Source: Candidatus Dadabacteria bacterium
GTDB taxonomy: Bacteria; Desulfobacterota_D; UBA1144; Nemesobacterales; UBA2774
Direction of reading: 5' to 3'
DNA: 55,607 bases
Assembly (NCBI GenBank): GCA_004356555.1
Contig: SMWY01000002.1
Location: 1-55,607 of the forward strand
Shown one piece after another: positions 8,521 through 18,291 of the stretch (the first letter of the stretch is position 1; each line of letters starts with the position of its first letter). The notes beneath the pieces were generated by a model. It had not been told where the DNA came from. It ran no database searches and saw only the letters and a list, made by a program, of their open reading frames with translations. The translations under genes were made by a program, and so were the position numbers.

Positions 8521-8612
8521 ATTATGGATGAGTTGTTTTAATAACCGCAGCTAGGTAAGCTTCGAGACTCTCCTTTATTAAAGCCAGTTTTAGAAAGGAA
8601 TAATTTACCCTC

Positions 8613-9263
8613 ATGATAAAAGCAGTCATATTCGATATGGATGGTGTCATGATTGACAGCGAGCCTCTTTGGGAGAAAACCGAACGAATTCTGCTTGCTA
8701 GAAGAGATATTGAATACAGCCCTACATACAGAGACCAGATAGTTGGCCTTAACCAGAACGATTCCGGCAAATTGTTAATAAATACCTTTGAGCTTGAGGA
8801 AACTGTCGAAGACATAATTTCTGAAAGAGTTGAGATATTAACTGCTATATATGAAGAGGAGCTCGAAGTTGTCTTAGATCTGATTCCTCTCTTGGATAAT
8901 CTAAGAGACAGCAAGTTCAAGCTTGCTGTAGCTTCAAGCTCGCCACTAAGAGTAATTAATTTTGTTCTAGATATGTTTTCACTTCAAGAATACTTCCCGG
9001 TTGTAGTCTCCGGAGAGTGCACAGAAAACGGGAAACCTCATCCTGATATATACCTACACACAGCAAGCAGACTTGAAGTAAAGCCCACGGAATGTGCGGC
9101 AATCGAAGACTCAATAAACGGCGTTAAGTCAGCAAAAGCAGCAGGTATGTACTGTATTGCCGTTCCGGACAAAAGATTAAGCCAGATGGAGTTTCAGAAT
9201 GCGGATATAATAGTTCCAAATCTAAATAGAATTAGTCCTGACTTAATCAATTCTTTTGAGTAA
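8613..9263 (+). CDS. HAD-superfamily hydrolase (beta-phosphoglucomutase-like phosphatase subfamily)
   Basis: 216 aa. Motif I is VIFDMDGVMIDSE. Later motifs are SSSP, GKPHPDIY and EDSINGVKSAKAAGM. Confidence 0.85.
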   Translation: MIKAVIFDMDGVMIDSEPLWEKTERILLARRDIEYSPTYRDQIVGLNQNDSGKLLINTFELEETVEDIISERVEILTAIYEEELEVVLDLIPLLDNLRDSKFKLAVASSSPLRVINFVLDMFSLQEYFPVVVSGECTENGKPHPDIYLHTASRLEVKPTECAAIEDSINGVKSAKAAGMYCIAVPDKRLSQMEFQNADIIVPNLNRISPDLINSFE

Positions 9264-9266
9264 GTC

Positions 9267-9446
9267 TTATGTGTTATATTCTCCGTCGGAGAAAGCTAAA
9301 TACCCCACTACTATCAGTCCAATAGGAGGAATTATCCAGAGAATTCCAAGCCAGCTCGGTTTACCCCTCATCTCAGCTATTTTCATCCATATAATTATAG
9401 ATACAACAATATTTACCAGAGGGATAAGAAATAGTATTAACCACAT
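9267..9446 (-). CDS. Small two-TM membrane protein (59 aa), hypothetical
   Basis: Not in the track. MWLILFLIPLVNIVVSIIIWMKIAEMRGKPSWLGILWIIPPIGLIVVGYLAFSDGEYNT has two hydrophobic helices and a GKP.W motif seen in widespread small membrane proteins. I prefer it over the antisense 9256-9459 ORF. The SD is weak. Confidence 0.45.
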   Translation of the reverse strand: MWLILFLIPLVNIVVSIIIWMKIAEMRGKPSWLGILWIIPPIGLIVVGYLAFSDGEYNT

Positions 9447-9479
9447 CTTACTTAATTGACCTAAGTGTCAAGAAAAAGT

Positions 9480-10475
9480 TTATAATCTACCCTTTGTAGG
9501 TGGAGCCATAAATTCAGGCCCTACTGGATCATCAATTGTCTCAGAGAGAATATTATCTATTTCTTTAAAAGCGCTCTCATCAAGTGACCATCCGAATATC
9601 TTGTCCAGTGGTTCAAGCTGAGAAGGCCGGCGTGCTCCCCATAGCGCTATATCCGAGTCCGCTTTGTCCAGCACCCAGCGAAGGGCTAAATGTATTACCC
9701 GTTTATTGTAGTTTTCCTGTGCAAAGTTGTCTAACTTCTGAATAGCATTTAAATACTGGGCAAACCGCGGCTGCTTGAATTTTGGGTCGACCTTCCTGAT
9801 ATCATCCCCTTCAAACGTCGTTTGAGAGTTCATCCTACCGCTCAAGAGCCCACGGCATATTGAACCGTAGAGCAACATAGTGATTCCATGCTCCTTACAA
9901 TAAGGAAAGATATCATCTTCTATACCACGCTCAAACAGATTATAAGGAGGTTGCGATGTGTGGAGCGGTGAAATTTCACGGAAAATATCCTTGTGCTCAG
10001 TATTATAGTTGCTAACACCTATCGCCCTAATCTTGCCGCTCTTATGAAGCTCATACATGGCTTCAGCCGCTTCTTCAAAAGGGGTCTCAAAGTCAGGCCA
10101 ATGTATCTGATAGATGTCTATATAATCAGTCTGGAGTCGCTCTAAAGAGTCATCAACTTCTTTATAAATTCGCTCCTTTGTTGAGTTTCTATAAATCTTG
10201 CCGGAAGTCCAGTCGAGCCCCGCTTTTGTAGCAATTATTATCTTATCCCTACAGCCATATTCGGATACAGCCTTACCCACGATCTCTTCTGATCTACCGA
10301 ACCCGTAGATTGCTGCCGTATCTATTAAAGTAATCCCATTATCCAGCGCTGTATGAATTGTATCAATAGACTCTTTCTCTTCACTTCCTCCCCAAAGCCA
10401 GCCCCCTATCGCCCATGCGCCCAATCCAATACGTGAGGACTCGATATCGGTTCCCTTTATCTTTATATACTCCAT
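9480..10475 (-). CDS. Aldo/keto reductase
   Basis: 331 aa. Motifs GLGAWAIGG, IDTAAIYGFGRSEE, QIHWPD, IGVSNY and PPYNLFERG. Confidence 0.9.
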   Translation of the reverse strand: MEYIKIKGTDIESSRIGLGAWAIGGWLWGGSEEKESIDTIHTALDNGITLIDTAAIYGFGRSEEIVGKAVSEYGCRDKIIIATKAGLDWTSGKIYRNSTKERIYKEVDDSLERLQTDYIDIYQIHWPDFETPFEEAAEAMYELHKSGKIRAIGVSNYNTEHKDIFREISPLHTSQPPYNLFERGIEDDIFPYCKEHGITMLLYGSICRGLLSGRMNSQTTFEGDDIRKVDPKFKQPRFAQYLNAIQKLDNFAQENYNKRVIHLALRWVLDKADSDIALWGARRPSQLEPLDKIFGWSLDESAFKEIDNILSETIDDPVGPEFMAPPTKGRL

Positions 10476-10497
10476 CTCTTTCTCCCGAATATGTAAA

Positions 10498-12696
10498 TTA
10501 CACTTTAGACTTTTTTGTTATTAGATCTTTTAAAAGTTCCCTTACTTCCCGATATGAGGGCAAGTTGAATCTGGCCTTGGTCGGGCCAAAACCAACTTTA
10601 ATAGAATATGCCCACTCGGGAAGAACTTCATAGATGTCTTCATCGGTCCAGTCGTCTCCAATTGACAGTATGAAATCCCATCTTGCCTTAGACATCCAAT
10701 ACATTGCAGCTTTCCCCTTATTTATTCCAGTATCCTTAACCTCAATCACTTTATTCCCTTCCAATACCCCAACATTGAGATTGGCAGTAATGTGGAGAAG
10801 CACATCCTTAAGCTCCCCTACCCTAACTATAGATAAAGCAGGATCTACCTTGCGGAAATGCCAAACCAGGGAGAAATCTTTTTCCTCTATAAATGAGCCC
10901 GGTGTTCTATCTACAAATACTTCAAGAATCGGTTTAATCTCATCTTTCCATTCATCAGATAGCATTTCGATCATTTTCCAGAATTTTTTTTCTTTTATCC
11001 ATACCCCGTGTTCCGCAACTAAGCCGTTTGAGACATTTGAAACCCACCTGTCCAATGTCTTCCTATCCCTTCCGCTTATTATTACAACTTGATTATCTGA
11101 ATGGCGAGATAAAGAGCCAAGTAAGTCCTTTAGTTCACGATCCGGCTTCACTTTTTCAGGTCTTTCATTAAAAGGCATCAAGGTTCCGTCATAATCTAGC
11201 AAAAATAGTGCCTTTTTGCTCCTTTTAAAACTCTCTAATAGCTTATTGCGCCTGGATTGGGATAATCCTTTTGAGATCAGTTGTTTTTGAACTTCTTTTA
11301 TATGGTAGATTCTATCCATAAAATCGTGTGCCCATCTCTTCACGTCGTATCGCTCAAGTCGTCCTTGCATACTTCTCATTCTTCGTTTTTGCTCATTGAT
11401 CGGCATTGTGATCGCTTTTTTGAGAGCATTCGAAGTTCCTTGCAAATCATTAGGATTAATGATTAATGCTTCTCCAAGCTCTTTTGCGGTACCCGCCATC
11501 TCACCCAGAATAAGAACGCCATCTTCATTGTTCCTAGTAGCAACATACTCTTTTGCGACTAAATTCATGCCATCTCTGAGCGGGGTCAGAAAAAGTACAT
11601 CAGCAATACAGTAGAGAGCCGTTAGATCCTTGAAATCAAAAGAACGGTACATGTACCATATTGGCACCCAACCTATTGTGCCGTGTTTACCGTTAATTCT
11701 TCCCGCAAGATTATCAACCTGTTCTTTTAATAGTCTGTAATGCTCCATCTCGGTACGTGAGGGAACAGCCACTACTATAAATATAACTCTTCCCTTATAC
11801 TTAGGATTTCTATCTAGAAAATCATCAAATGCTTTAAGACGCTCAGGAATCCCCTTTGTATAATCGAGACGATCAATAGACAATATGACTTTGTAATCTT
11901 CCTTAATACCTTCTCTAAGCTTAGATATACTCGATCGTACATCTTTATTTTCAGGAGCCTTTGAAAATTTCTCATAATCTATGCCCATTGGAAATGTATC
12001 GACTTTTACGACATGATTACCTAGGGTAATCTGCCCTAATGTATGCTCATAGCCCAAAACACGCCTTGCGCTCTCAAGAAAATGACGGGCATAGTCAAAT
12101 GTGTGAAAACCTATTAAATCAGACCCGAGAAGGCCATCTAGTATCTCTGCGCACCAGGGGATTAAACGAAATATTTCTGAAGATGGGAAAGGAATATGAA
12201 GAAAAAAACCAATTTTAACCTTTGGCATTTTTTTTCTAATAAGCCCTGGCAAAAGCATTAAATGATAGTCGTGAATCCATATTACGTCATCATCTCCTGC
12301 AACTTCCAACACAGCCTGGCTAAAAGCCTCGTTTACCCTCTTGTAACTATCCCAATAGCTTTTCTCGTAATTTGCGTATTGAGCAAAATAATGAAATAAC
12401 GGCCAGATTATCTCGTTACAAAATCCCTGGTAGTAGTTCTCGAAATCATTCCTTTTAAGAAAAACAGGATGATAATTCTGCTCAGCCAATATGTCATTTA
12501 ATTCCCTGGTATCAGATTTGGTACTGTATCCCGAAAGAGTTATACCGGGCCAGCCTATCCAGATTTGTTCCTTAGACATTTCAAGTGAACCAACACCTGT
12601 TACGAGACCCCCAACGCTTGGTTGAAAACTAAACTTGGATTTTTTCTTTGAAACAGTGACGGGCAATCGGTTGGAAACAATTATTAGCTTTCCCAT
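10498..12696 (-). CDS. otsA: Bifunctional trehalose-6-phosphate synthase / trehalose-6-phosphate phosphatase (OtsA-OtsB fusion)
   Basis: 732 aa. The GT20 N-terminal part has LIIVSNRLP, FCNEIIWPLFHY, IWIHDYHLMLLP and LRDGMNLVAKEY. The C-terminal HAD part starts at LFLLDYDGTL. Confidence 0.9.
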   Translation of the reverse strand: MGKLIIVSNRLPVTVSKKKSKFSFQPSVGGLVTGVGSLEMSKEQIWIGWPGITLSGYSTKSDTRELNDILAEQNYHPVFLKRNDFENYYQGFCNEIIWPLFHYFAQYANYEKSYWDSYKRVNEAFSQAVLEVAGDDDVIWIHDYHLMLLPGLIRKKMPKVKIGFFLHIPFPSSEIFRLIPWCAEILDGLLGSDLIGFHTFDYARHFLESARRVLGYEHTLGQITLGNHVVKVDTFPMGIDYEKFSKAPENKDVRSSISKLREGIKEDYKVILSIDRLDYTKGIPERLKAFDDFLDRNPKYKGRVIFIVVAVPSRTEMEHYRLLKEQVDNLAGRINGKHGTIGWVPIWYMYRSFDFKDLTALYCIADVLFLTPLRDGMNLVAKEYVATRNNEDGVLILGEMAGTAKELGEALIINPNDLQGTSNALKKAITMPINEQKRRMRSMQGRLERYDVKRWAHDFMDRIYHIKEVQKQLISKGLSQSRRNKLLESFKRSKKALFLLDYDGTLMPFNERPEKVKPDRELKDLLGSLSRHSDNQVVIISGRDRKTLDRWVSNVSNGLVAEHGVWIKEKKFWKMIEMLSDEWKDEIKPILEVFVDRTPGSFIEEKDFSLVWHFRKVDPALSIVRVGELKDVLLHITANLNVGVLEGNKVIEVKDTGINKGKAAMYWMSKARWDFILSIGDDWTDEDIYEVLPEWAYSIKVGFGPTKARFNLPSYREVRELLKDLITKKSKV

Positions 12697-12818
12697 AATT
12701 ATTACAGTCTATACATACTTTGAGATTTAAGGAAACAAAGTAACATCATTATATGTATAATTCAGGACAGCAGGTTGACATAGGACTTTCAGTTCATATT
12801 ATATCATGTAGGGAAATC

Positions 12819-13193
12819 ATGAAAGCATTTAGCCTGTTTCTAATCTTAAACATTATTGTCTGTTACAGCGGCTTATGTGCAAGCTTGCCTTCTTATGCTT
12901 CAGTAGAGCAAGTTGAAGAGAGCTGCCACACAATGGATCACGATGACACGTCCTATATCATTAATATTGTACAAGATTTTAACCAAACACTAGAGAATCA
13001 CTCTTCCTGCTGTTTTGAGTCACTTATAAATAACACAGCTCATGAATATGTGAAAGTTTACAATACTGACATACCAAGAGCTATAATTCCAAATCTTATT
13101 ATTGCAAAATATGACACAAAGTTTAAGGACCGTTCTTTAAGTGAGCACGATCCACCCGACTTACAAGTCTTAAATTCTACTTTTCTAATTTAA
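12819..13193 (+). CDS. Hypothetical secreted Cys/His-containing protein upstream of the copper oxidase
   Basis: I prefer the internal ATG at 12819 (AGGGA 6 nt upstream), giving MKAFSLFLILNIIVCYSGLCASLPSYASVEQ... with a signal peptide. Motifs ESCHTMDHDD and HSSCCFESL. No family recognised. Confidence 0.5.
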   Translation: MKAFSLFLILNIIVCYSGLCASLPSYASVEQVEESCHTMDHDDTSYIINIVQDFNQTLENHSSCCFESLINNTAHEYVKVYNTDIPRAIIPNLIIAKYDTKFKDRSLSEHDPPDLQVLNSTFLI

Positions 13194-13281
13194 TCTCCAT
13201 TCAATTCTGACTTGCTGCTCTTTATTCAAATCAAGAGTAGAATGGAGTCTTTATATTTTTTACCTAAAAGAATTATTTCGT

Positions 13282-15426
13282 ATGGAGATAGATATGAAAT
13301 TTAGAATGGGAAAAATTGTTTTATTAGTGTTGATAATAGCTGCGGCATCATTTTCCCCTAAAAAGGCAAATGCTGAAGTTAAAGAGTATAATCTGGAAAT
13401 AGATTACAAAACTGTCAATTACACCGGAAAAGAAAAGCGTGCGATGTCTGTTAACAACTCTATTCCCGGACCAACGCTGTATTTTAAAGAAGGCGATATA
13501 GCAAGAATATACGTAAAGAACAATATGGATATGAATACATCCGTACACTGGCACGGCGTATTAGTTCCGAATAGAGCAGACGGCGTTTCTTATCTTACCA
13601 CGCCGCCAATTAAACCAGGTATGACGTATACATACGAATTTCCTATCAAGCAGCATGGAACATACTGGTACCACTCACACACCGGCCTTCAGGAACAACT
13701 AGGTGTTTACGGATCAATTGTTATAGAACCATTAGAGCAAAGAGTTGATATACAAGAGCCGGATATTGACCATGTAATTGTTTTATCAGACTGGACGGAC
13801 CAAAACCCAAACGAGGTTCTAAGAGATTTAAAAAGAGGGAGTGAATATCAGTCCTATAGAAAGGGTAGTACGCAGACACTACTGGGCGTAATAAAAAATA
13901 AAGCCATCATCGAAAATCTAAAGCGGTCACTTAGAAGAATGCCTCCAATGGATATATCCGATGTCGCTTATGACAGTTTTTTAATAAACGGAGAGCCCAT
14001 GTCCACTCTTAAAGTGGAACCGGGTAAAACAGTGCGTCTCAGAATAATTAACGCAGGCGCTTCAACATATTTTTATTTAAATTACGCAGGCGGCGATATG
14101 AAAATAATTTCAGCTGACGGCGTCGATGTTGAACCGATTGATGTTGATAGACTGTTAATTGCTATCGCCGAGACATACGATGTACTCTTAAACGTACCTG
14201 AAGAAGGAGCTTACGAATTCCGGGCGACAGCTCAAGACGGATCGGGTCATGCGTCATTGTTTATCGGGGAGGGTGAGCAGGTATTGGCTCAAGATATTCC
14301 CAAACCCAACCTATACAAAATGGATCACTCCCATCATATGAACAAGGACCCCGGTATGGAAATGGATCGTAGTGATTCAGACCGTAAAACACATGATATG
14401 AAAGGCATGACGCACGGGAATATGGGAAACGATTCAATGGAAATGAGTATGTCAGAAACAATGAAAATGGTTGAGAACCCTAGGCCGCTTCCTCCATATA
14501 ATAAGCTACGTTCTTTGGAATCCACTGAATTGCCTCCTGAGAATAAGACAAGAGAAGTAGTGCTAAATCTTACTGGAGATATGGAGCGCTATATATGGAC
14601 AATAAACGGTAAGACATTAAGTGAAGACGACAAGATATTAATACGTAAGGGGGAAAATGTAAGGTTCGTACTTGTAAACAAGACCATGATGCACCACCCC
14701 ATGCACCTTCACGGCCACTTTTTCAGGGTACTGAATGACCAGGGTGAATACTCGCCCTTAAAACACACCGTCGATGTCCCGCCGCTTGGCAGTGCAGTAA
14801 TCGAATTTGAAGCAAATGAGGAGAAAGATTGGTTTTTCCACTGTCATGTTCTCTATCATATGTTATCCGGGATGTCGCGAATTGTTAGTTATGAAGGATC
14901 GGTTATAGACCCTGATATTAAAGAGATAAGACCAAAACTGTACCGAGACCCTCTTTATTACTGGGCTGACGTTACTATTCTAAGCCAGATGACAGACGGA
15001 ATAGCTGTAATATCTAATACTAGAAACATAATCAGCGCCAGATGGGAAGCTGGTTGGGAGGATGAAGAATACGAGATTGAGCTCACCTATAACAGGTATA
15101 TCAACCGATTTATTACAGTATTCGGAGGCGCTGATATCACTAATGAAGAACAGAAAACCCGGGGGATTTTTGGGATAAGATATCTTTTGCCACTTCTGAT
15201 AGACAGCACGGTATGGATAGACACCGACGCGGACTTAAGAATAATTTTAGATAAGGAAATACGGCTGACAAGCAGATTAAGCGCTTTTGGAGAACTTCAG
15301 TATGATACGGAGAGCAAATGGGAATGGAAAGCAGGTGGGGCTATCTTGATTAATAAATGGTTATCACTCGTTGGGCAATATTATTCTGAGTTTGGGGGTG
15401 GTGGAGGTATACAAATTAGATTATAA
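13282..15426 (+). CDS. Multicopper oxidase (CopA/PcoA-like) with Met/His-rich insert and a CopB-like C-terminal extension
   Basis: 714 aa. Signal peptide. Cu-ligand motifs VHWHG, WYHSHTG, HPMHLHGH and HCHVLYHMLSGM. Met-rich stretch MDHSHHMNKDPGMEMD...MEMSMSETMKM. About 175 extra residues follow the last Cu motif (from about 14900). Confidence 0.85.
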   Translation: MEIDMKFRMGKIVLLVLIIAAASFSPKKANAEVKEYNLEIDYKTVNYTGKEKRAMSVNNSIPGPTLYFKEGDIARIYVKNNMDMNTSVHWHGVLVPNRADGVSYLTTPPIKPGMTYTYEFPIKQHGTYWYHSHTGLQEQLGVYGSIVIEPLEQRVDIQEPDIDHVIVLSDWTDQNPNEVLRDLKRGSEYQSYRKGSTQTLLGVIKNKAIIENLKRSLRRMPPMDISDVAYDSFLINGEPMSTLKVEPGKTVRLRIINAGASTYFYLNYAGGDMKIISADGVDVEPIDVDRLLIAIAETYDVLLNVPEEGAYEFRATAQDGSGHASLFIGEGEQVLAQDIPKPNLYKMDHSHHMNKDPGMEMDRSDSDRKTHDMKGMTHGNMGNDSMEMSMSETMKMVENPRPLPPYNKLRSLESTELPPENKTREVVLNLTGDMERYIWTINGKTLSEDDKILIRKGENVRFVLVNKTMMHHPMHLHGHFFRVLNDQGEYSPLKHTVDVPPLGSAVIEFEANEEKDWFFHCHVLYHMLSGMSRIVSYEGSVIDPDIKEIRPKLYRDPLYYWADVTILSQMTDGIAVISNTRNIISARWEAGWEDEEYEIELTYNRYINRFITVFGGADITNEEQKTRGIFGIRYLLPLLIDSTVWIDTDADLRIILDKEIRLTSRLSAFGELQYDTESKWEWKAGGAILINKWLSLVGQYYSEFGGGGGIQIRL

Positions 15427-15573
15427 AAAACTGCAAAACTCTATTAATTTATGATAGTATAGTTGTTAGATCAAATTCCAACATATCGATACAATAGTAA
15501 AATCAAGTAATGTCTCAATCATATTACACACCTTATGTTCATATATTATTTAAAATAAACGGGGGATCTATAC

Positions 15574-16122
15574 ATGGGTTTTATTAAAACTGTTATATTT
15601 GTCTTGATACTTTTAATTGCCGGTATGATAGTATTTATTTATTCGGGAACTTATAACATTGCGGCAACAGAGCCTCATTCCCTATTAGTTGAATGGGTAT
15701 TTAATACAGCTAAAAAATATTCCATAAAAAAACATTCAGAACATATTACACGACCTAAGCTAAGCGATGATTCGCTTGTGAAGGCGGGATTTGATCATTA
15801 TGAAAATATGTGTGCCGGCTGTCATGGGGCGCCTGGAACCGAACCGGCTGAAGGATTTAATCCAAGCCCTCCTGACCTTGCAGAAGAGGTTGAAGAGCTA
15901 AGCTCGATCGAACTATTCTGGATAACCAAAAACGGAATAAAGATGACTGGAATGCCTGCTTTTGGTTTGTCTCATAGCGATCAGGAGATCTGGTCTATAG
16001 TGGCTTTCTTAAAACAGCTGCCCGATCTCACTCCTGAAGACTACGATGCGCTTAAGAACAACGGGTCATTTGATTTTGATATCCCTCCTGAAGATGAGGA
16101 GTTCTATAAACATAAACACTAA
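15574..16122 (+). CDS. Membrane-anchored c-type cytochrome
   Basis: 182 aa. N-terminal TM helix. Heme motif CAGCHG. Distal MTGMPAF Met ligand region. Confidence 0.8.
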   Translation: MGFIKTVIFVLILLIAGMIVFIYSGTYNIAATEPHSLLVEWVFNTAKKYSIKKHSEHITRPKLSDDSLVKAGFDHYENMCAGCHGAPGTEPAEGFNPSPPDLAEEVEELSSIELFWITKNGIKMTGMPAFGLSHSDQEIWSIVAFLKQLPDLTPEDYDALKNNGSFDFDIPPEDEEFYKHKH

Positions 16123-16186
16123 TCGAACTCTGCTATAACATTAGCTATACTATATTTTTAAAATATGCAGTAACCCTAATTACGAA

Positions 16187-16735
16187 ATGAAAATTTTAAG
16201 CACTTCAGGAAAAGTAATTGTATTAATAGGAATATTGGGCCTTATATCCCTTATGGGGTATGCAATTTTTGGAAATCGGGTCAATATTAAAACTTCCCCT
16301 TTAGTTGGTAATAAAGCCCCTGAATTCACTTTAAAAACATTTGATGGAAAAGATTTGAAGTTGTCCGATTTAAAAGGAAAGACGGTGCTTCTCAATTTCT
16401 GGGCGTCCTGGTGTATGCCATGTAGACAGGAAGCGGGAGCGCTTGAGAGGTCATGGCAGAAATATAAGGACAAGGACGTAGTATTTATTGGGGTTAACGT
16501 ATGGGATGAAAATTCAAATGCCCTTTCATATCTCAAAAAATTCGGCGGCGGTTACCCCCACGCTACGGACCCTGATGAGGAAATCCAGGTTGACTACGGA
16601 GTAGGGGGAGTTCCTGAAACATATTTTATCGATCCTTCTGGAAATGTCAGAGACAAATTTACGGGACCATTAACAGAGCAGATTATCGATTATTTCGTCC
16701 TTAGAGCTCAGGTACCCAATAATAATGAATCCTAA
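16187..16735 (+). CDS. ccmG: Thiol:disulfide oxidoreductase CcmG/DsbE (cytochrome c maturation)
   Basis: 182 aa. N-terminal anchor. WASWCMPCRQE active site. GVPETYFID motif typical of DsbE. Confidence 0.8.
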   Translation: MKILSTSGKVIVLIGILGLISLMGYAIFGNRVNIKTSPLVGNKAPEFTLKTFDGKDLKLSDLKGKTVLLNFWASWCMPCRQEAGALERSWQKYKDKDVVFIGVNVWDENSNALSYLKKFGGGYPHATDPDEEIQVDYGVGGVPETYFIDPSGNVRDKFTGPLTEQIIDYFVLRAQVPNNNES

Positions 16736-16752
16736 CAAATAAAGAATTGAAT

Positions 16753-17250
16753 ATGAACCCAAATAATGCCTATAATAAATTCATTTTGCATACTCTTCTA
16801 ATCACCTTTTTTATTATAGCTGCTGTGCTTGATGCATCAGCGGCTAAAAGTATTGATGATCAGGTTAAAGAAATTGCATATCTTCTCATGTGCCCGGTTT
16901 GCCAAGGACAAAGCGTTGGAGAATCTAACTCAAACCTCGCCCATGATATGAGAGATATAATTAGAAAGCAGCTAGAAGAGGGAAAATCTAAAGAAGAGAT
17001 CTTAGCTTACTTCGTAAACAGCTACGGAGAGTCAATTCTAGCTTCCCCGCCGCCAAAAGGTATTAATTGGCTATTATGGCTTTTGCCTGGGGTTGCAATA
17101 GTGTTTGGGGGATTAGGAATAATATTATTTTTATACAAATCTCAAAGCAATAAAAACGACGATAAACATACTTCTGAGAACACTAGACCCGAAGTAGATA
17201 ATGATTACATAAAGAGAATCGAAGAAGAATTAGAAAAGGGCGACTCCTAA
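16753..17250 (+). CDS. ccmH: Cytochrome c-type biogenesis protein CcmH/NrfF
   Basis: The track starts at TTG 16747; an ATG two codons later is at 16753. LMCPVCQGQSVGESNSNLAHDMRDIIRKQLEEGKSKEEIL is the CcmH signature. One C-terminal TM helix. Confidence 0.8.
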   Translation: MNPNNAYNKFILHTLLITFFIIAAVLDASAAKSIDDQVKEIAYLLMCPVCQGQSVGESNSNLAHDMRDIIRKQLEEGKSKEEILAYFVNSYGESILASPPPKGINWLLWLLPGVAIVFGGLGIILFLYKSQSNKNDDKHTSENTRPEVDNDYIKRIEEELEKGDS

Positions 17251-17255
17251 GTTAG

Positions 17256-18197
17256 TTACTCTTTGTGATGACCTTCGAAAAACTTCCCGGCAAGATTAAG
17301 AATCTGCTCATTATCACTGTCGGGTTCAAACCATTTGATTTCCTTATCTTTGTTTAACCATGTCATCTGACGCTTAGCAAATCTCTTAGTATCGCGTTTT
17401 ATTAACTCTATAGCCCTTTCAAGATCGACATCTCCGTCAAGGAATTGATTTATCTCCTTATAACCAATTGACTGCATTGGTTTTAAGTCACTTGTATAGC
17501 CCATATCTCTAAGTCTTTTAACTTCATCTACAAGTCCGGCTTCCATCATAGCATCGACTCTTTCGTCAATCCGTTCTCTGAGTGATTCCCTATACAGGGA
17601 AATGCCGATTTTTAGATACTCAAAGTCTTGCTCGTGAAAGCTATGTCGTGATTGTAGTTCAGACATCTTTTGTCCTGTTAGATAGTTAACTTCAAGTGCT
17701 CTTTCAATCCTCACATAATCATTGGGATGGATTTTTGATGCCGATTCCGAATCGAGCAAACAGAGCCTGTCATATACATATGGGAGTCCGAAAATAGACC
17801 TTAATTTTTTTATGTTATCTCTTATTTCCTGATTAGCTGGCAAGCCTTCTATAAGACCTGAAAGTAGAACCTTAACATAAAGATAAGTCCCCCCTACAAT
17901 TATTATATTCTTGCCGCTGTTGTATAGGTTTCCGATGACGGAAGCGGCACGGCTTCTGAACATGCCCGCATTGAAATCTTCATCGGGACTTACGATATCT
18001 ATCAGATGATGTCTTGCTTCTCTAAGCTCTTCTGAGCTAGGTTTAGCCGTACCTATATCAAGATATTTATAAACTTGGAGGGAATCGGCATTGATAATCT
18101 CTCCACCTAGCTTCTTAGCCATATCAATGCCAACAGCGCTCTTTCCTACAGCAGTAGGACCCAAAACAACAATCAGCTTGGGTTTATCAGGTTTCAC
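17256..18197 (-). CDS. miaA: tRNA dimethylallyltransferase
   Basis: 313 aa. P-loop GPTAVGKS, then DSLQVYKYLDIGTAKP and HHLIDI. Confidence 0.95.
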   Translation of the reverse strand: MKPDKPKLIVVLGPTAVGKSAVGIDMAKKLGGEIINADSLQVYKYLDIGTAKPSSEELREARHHLIDIVSPDEDFNAGMFRSRAASVIGNLYNSGKNIIIVGGTYLYVKVLLSGLIEGLPANQEIRDNIKKLRSIFGLPYVYDRLCLLDSESASKIHPNDYVRIERALEVNYLTGQKMSELQSRHSFHEQDFEYLKIGISLYRESLRERIDERVDAMMEAGLVDEVKRLRDMGYTSDLKPMQSIGYKEINQFLDGDVDLERAIELIKRDTKRFAKRQMTWLNKDKEIKWFEPDSDNEQILNLAGKFFEGHHKE

Positions 18198-18291
18198 TTT
18201 CTGAATTAATTACTTCATATTTAAAAACAAAATTTGTCCTAAGTTCAAATAAGTTCGACTTATTCCAAGATAAACTTGTTTCTATAATGCA

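Noticed and set aside
9256-9459. Plus-strand 67-aa ORF after the HAD hydrolase
   Set aside because: It has no SD and an implausible sequence. The antisense 59-aa ORF (9267-9446) encodes a clean two-TM protein. Both remain uncertain.
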